A DNA stretch of 64,000 nt from Mobula hypostoma (lineage: Eukaryota). Both the position numbers and the translations under genes were made by a program. Below, piece after piece: positions 62,848-64,000 of this stretch. The stretch lies in the NCBI RefSeq assembly GCF_963921235.1, contig NC_086108.1, positions 79,858,001-79,922,000 on the forward strand, read 5' to 3'. How positions within the stretch are numbered: the first letter of the stretch is position 1; every line of letters begins with the position of its first letter. Below the pieces are notes generated by a model, which saw nothing but the letters and a program-made list of their open reading frames with translations, was not told where the DNA came from and ran no database searches.

Positions 62848-63077
62848 CAACACACAAAAAATGCTGGTGGAACGCAGCAGGCCAGGCAGCATCTATAGGA
62901 AGAAGTACAGTCGACGTTTCGGGCCCAGACCCTTTCCTCAAGACCTGACAAAGGGTCTCGGCCCGAAATGTCGACTGTACTTCTTCCTATGGATGCTGCC
63001 TGGCCTGCTGCGTTCCACCAGCATTTTGTGTGTGTTGCTTGAATTTCCAGCATCCGTAGATTTCCTCGTGTTTGCGT
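62848..63077. repeat. Head-to-head inverted PLE termini (88-bp arms)
   Basis: 62848-62935 matches the reverse complement of 62950-63037 with 4 mismatches and a 14-nt spacer. The unit is inserted in a decayed CR1. Confidence 0.92.
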
Positions 63078-63195
63078 TCTTACTGCTTAGTTGCAGTAGA
63101 GACCAAAATACCAATTGCTTGGTGTGTTAGCAGTTCAAATAATTATTTTCCTGACTTATATGTTCAAAGTTGAAAGTAAATTTATTATCAAAGTA

Positions 63196-64000
63196 CTGAA
63201 TGGGAGTGATGAGGGAGGTGTAGGGGCAGGTGTGGCACTTGTTCCACTTGCAAGATTAAGAACCAGGAGGGAGATCAGTGGGGAGGGACGAATGGGCTAG
63301 GGAGTTGCGTAGGGAGGGAAAGATGTGATTGGGTGTGGGATCCAGATCAGCATTTAAGTTTCTCGATTCGGACCCTCTAAGGAACGCAGGTACTCACATT
63401 CAATTGACTGCTTCTCCTGTCGAGTGACCATCCCCACCAACAAGCACATCCTTCCCTACCCCTCCCAACTTTCTGCTTTCTGCAGGGATTGCTCCCTACG
63501 CAACACCCTTGTCCATTCATCCCTCCCCACTGATCTCCCTCCTTGCAATTGGAACAAATGCCACAGCTTCCCCAACACTTTCTCCCTCACTACCCTTGAG
63601 GGCCCCAAACAGTCCTTCCAGGTGAAGCAACACTTCACCTATGAGTCTGTTGGTGTCATCTACTGTATCCAGTGCTCCTGATGTGCTCTCCTGTATATTG
63701 ATGAGACCTGACATAGATTAGGAGACAGCGTGGCGAGCACCTATGCTCTGTCTGCCAGAAAAAACAGAATCTCCTGACGGCCACCTATTTCAATTCTACT
63801 TCCCATTCCCATTCCAACGCGTCAGTTCATGGCCTCCTCTACAGCTGCGATGAGGCCACACTCAGGTTGGAGGACAAAAAAAACTTATATTCCATTTGGG
63901 TAGCTTCCAACCTGATGGCATGAACATTGATTTCTCAAACTTCCATTAATTGCTCCCCCCTTCACTATTCCCCATTCCCATTCCCTTCTCTCACCCTATC
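63196..64000 (+). mobile_element. Third PLE fragment (linker + GIY-YIG, 63428-64000) preceded by an inverted linker copy (63196-63343)
   Basis: ORF 63424-63681 (GPKQSFQVKQHFTYESVGVIYCIQCS*..LYIDET). The antisense block gggagatcagtggggaggga at ~63270 complements tccctccccactgatctccc at ~63520. Confidence 0.85.

Overview
This window is not prokaryotic. It is transposon-dense, non-genic vertebrate DNA (intergenic or deep intronic), probably from a cartilaginous fish; that is an inference from HER1-like CR1 LINEs, HE1/V-SINE-like SINEs and Penelope-like elements. I found no supported host exon, rRNA, tRNA or CRISPR array. The ORFs I could recognise are retroelement fragments or antisense shadows. 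The window holds about 15 CR1 copies (three young near-identical ones, one with a nearly complete EN+RT ORF2, and another copy retaining an SGNH-esterase ORF1), about 10 Rex1/Babar fragments and non-coding derivatives, a decayed Ty3/Gypsy element with a 3' LTR, and a near-full-length Penelope-like (Neptune-type) element plus many termini carrying minimal hammerhead motifs. It also holds a 5'-inverted L1 with a perfect 15-bp TSD, a HERO/RLE-clade 3' fragment, Tc1 and pogo/Tigger remnants, V-SINEs and a (GT)n tract. The most notable signal is the HERO-like 3' UTR (12686-12803, minus). It folds into six helices that contain all hammerhead core strands in a non-circularly permuted order, although G12 is mutated in this copy. 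Family names come from recalled motifs, not database searches. Boundaries of decayed copies are approximate.
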